Shown one piece after another: positions 63,715-64,000 of a stretch of DNA of 64,000 bases. The stretch covers positions 5,339,167-5,403,166 of the forward strand of contig CAVNZM010000005.1 in the NCBI GenBank assembly GCA_963693365.1, given 5' to 3'. Source of the stretch: Amoebidium appalachense (taxonomy: Eukaryota > Protista > Ichthyosporea). The notes below the pieces were generated by a model, which was not told the origin of the DNA, did not search any database, and worked only from the letters and a program-made list of their open reading frames with translations. Positions within the stretch are counted from its first letter, which is position 1, and every line of letters starts with the position of its first letter. The translations under genes and the position numbers were made by a program.

Positions 63715-64000
63715 GTGCGTGATTTTAAATCTGGTTTTTTGTGTCTCTTTTCGTCTTCTATTCGGCATGGCTAATCGCTTTTTTCCCTTTTCCCCTTTCT
63801 TTTCGGGCGAATGAGCCTACAGGACTTTGAGGGGGATGGGGGGGGGGGGGGGGGGGGGGGGGGGAAGGGGGGGAGGGGGGGGGGAGGCGTCTGTGTAGGT
63901 TTGAGGAGGGACGGGGATGGGGAGAGGGGGAGTGGCGCGGGCTGACGAGAGATGAATGTGATATGGAGAATATCAAAAAGGTTTCTGGTTAAAAACGTCT

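Overview
Intron-rich eukaryotic genomic DNA with GT-AG spliceosomal introns packed with poly-C/poly-G, (CA)n/(TG)n and (GA)n/(CT)n tracts. Nearly all long ORFs in the supplied track are translations of these repeats. The gene set (Tousled-like kinase, perilipin, CCAAT/TATA promoters) suggests a unicellular opisthokont or holozoan such as an ichthyosporean; this is inference only. Splicing by hand gave frame-consistent models for: (1) the 3' end of a patatin/PNPLA-like gene (400-3184,+); (2) a 7-exon perilipin gene (5416-12529,+); (3) an intronless secreted, probably GPI-anchored Cys protein (17358-17858,+); (4) an 8-exon SLC7/CAT-type amino-acid transporter (22582-29420,+); (5) a hypothetical ORF (32686-33186,+); (6) an intact 8-exon proteinase-K-type subtilisin, copy A (37111-45121,-); (7) its divergently oriented paralogue, copy B (48417-52613,+); and (8) the 5' half of a Tousled-like kinase (56330 to beyond 64000,+). 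A 199-bp TA-flanked MITE and a 1.7-kb inverted repeat between the two subtilisins are also present. Most notable: copy B has catalytic His->Glu and oxyanion Asn->Asp (the two substitutions that mark sedolisin/S53 chemistry), has lost the canonical Asp motif, carries one frameshift and has a near-identical last exon; many 3' splice sites have (CA)n in place of a polypyrimidine tract; and an ATGL-like gene sits next to perilipin. No prokaryotic features, CRISPR arrays, rRNA or tRNA were seen.
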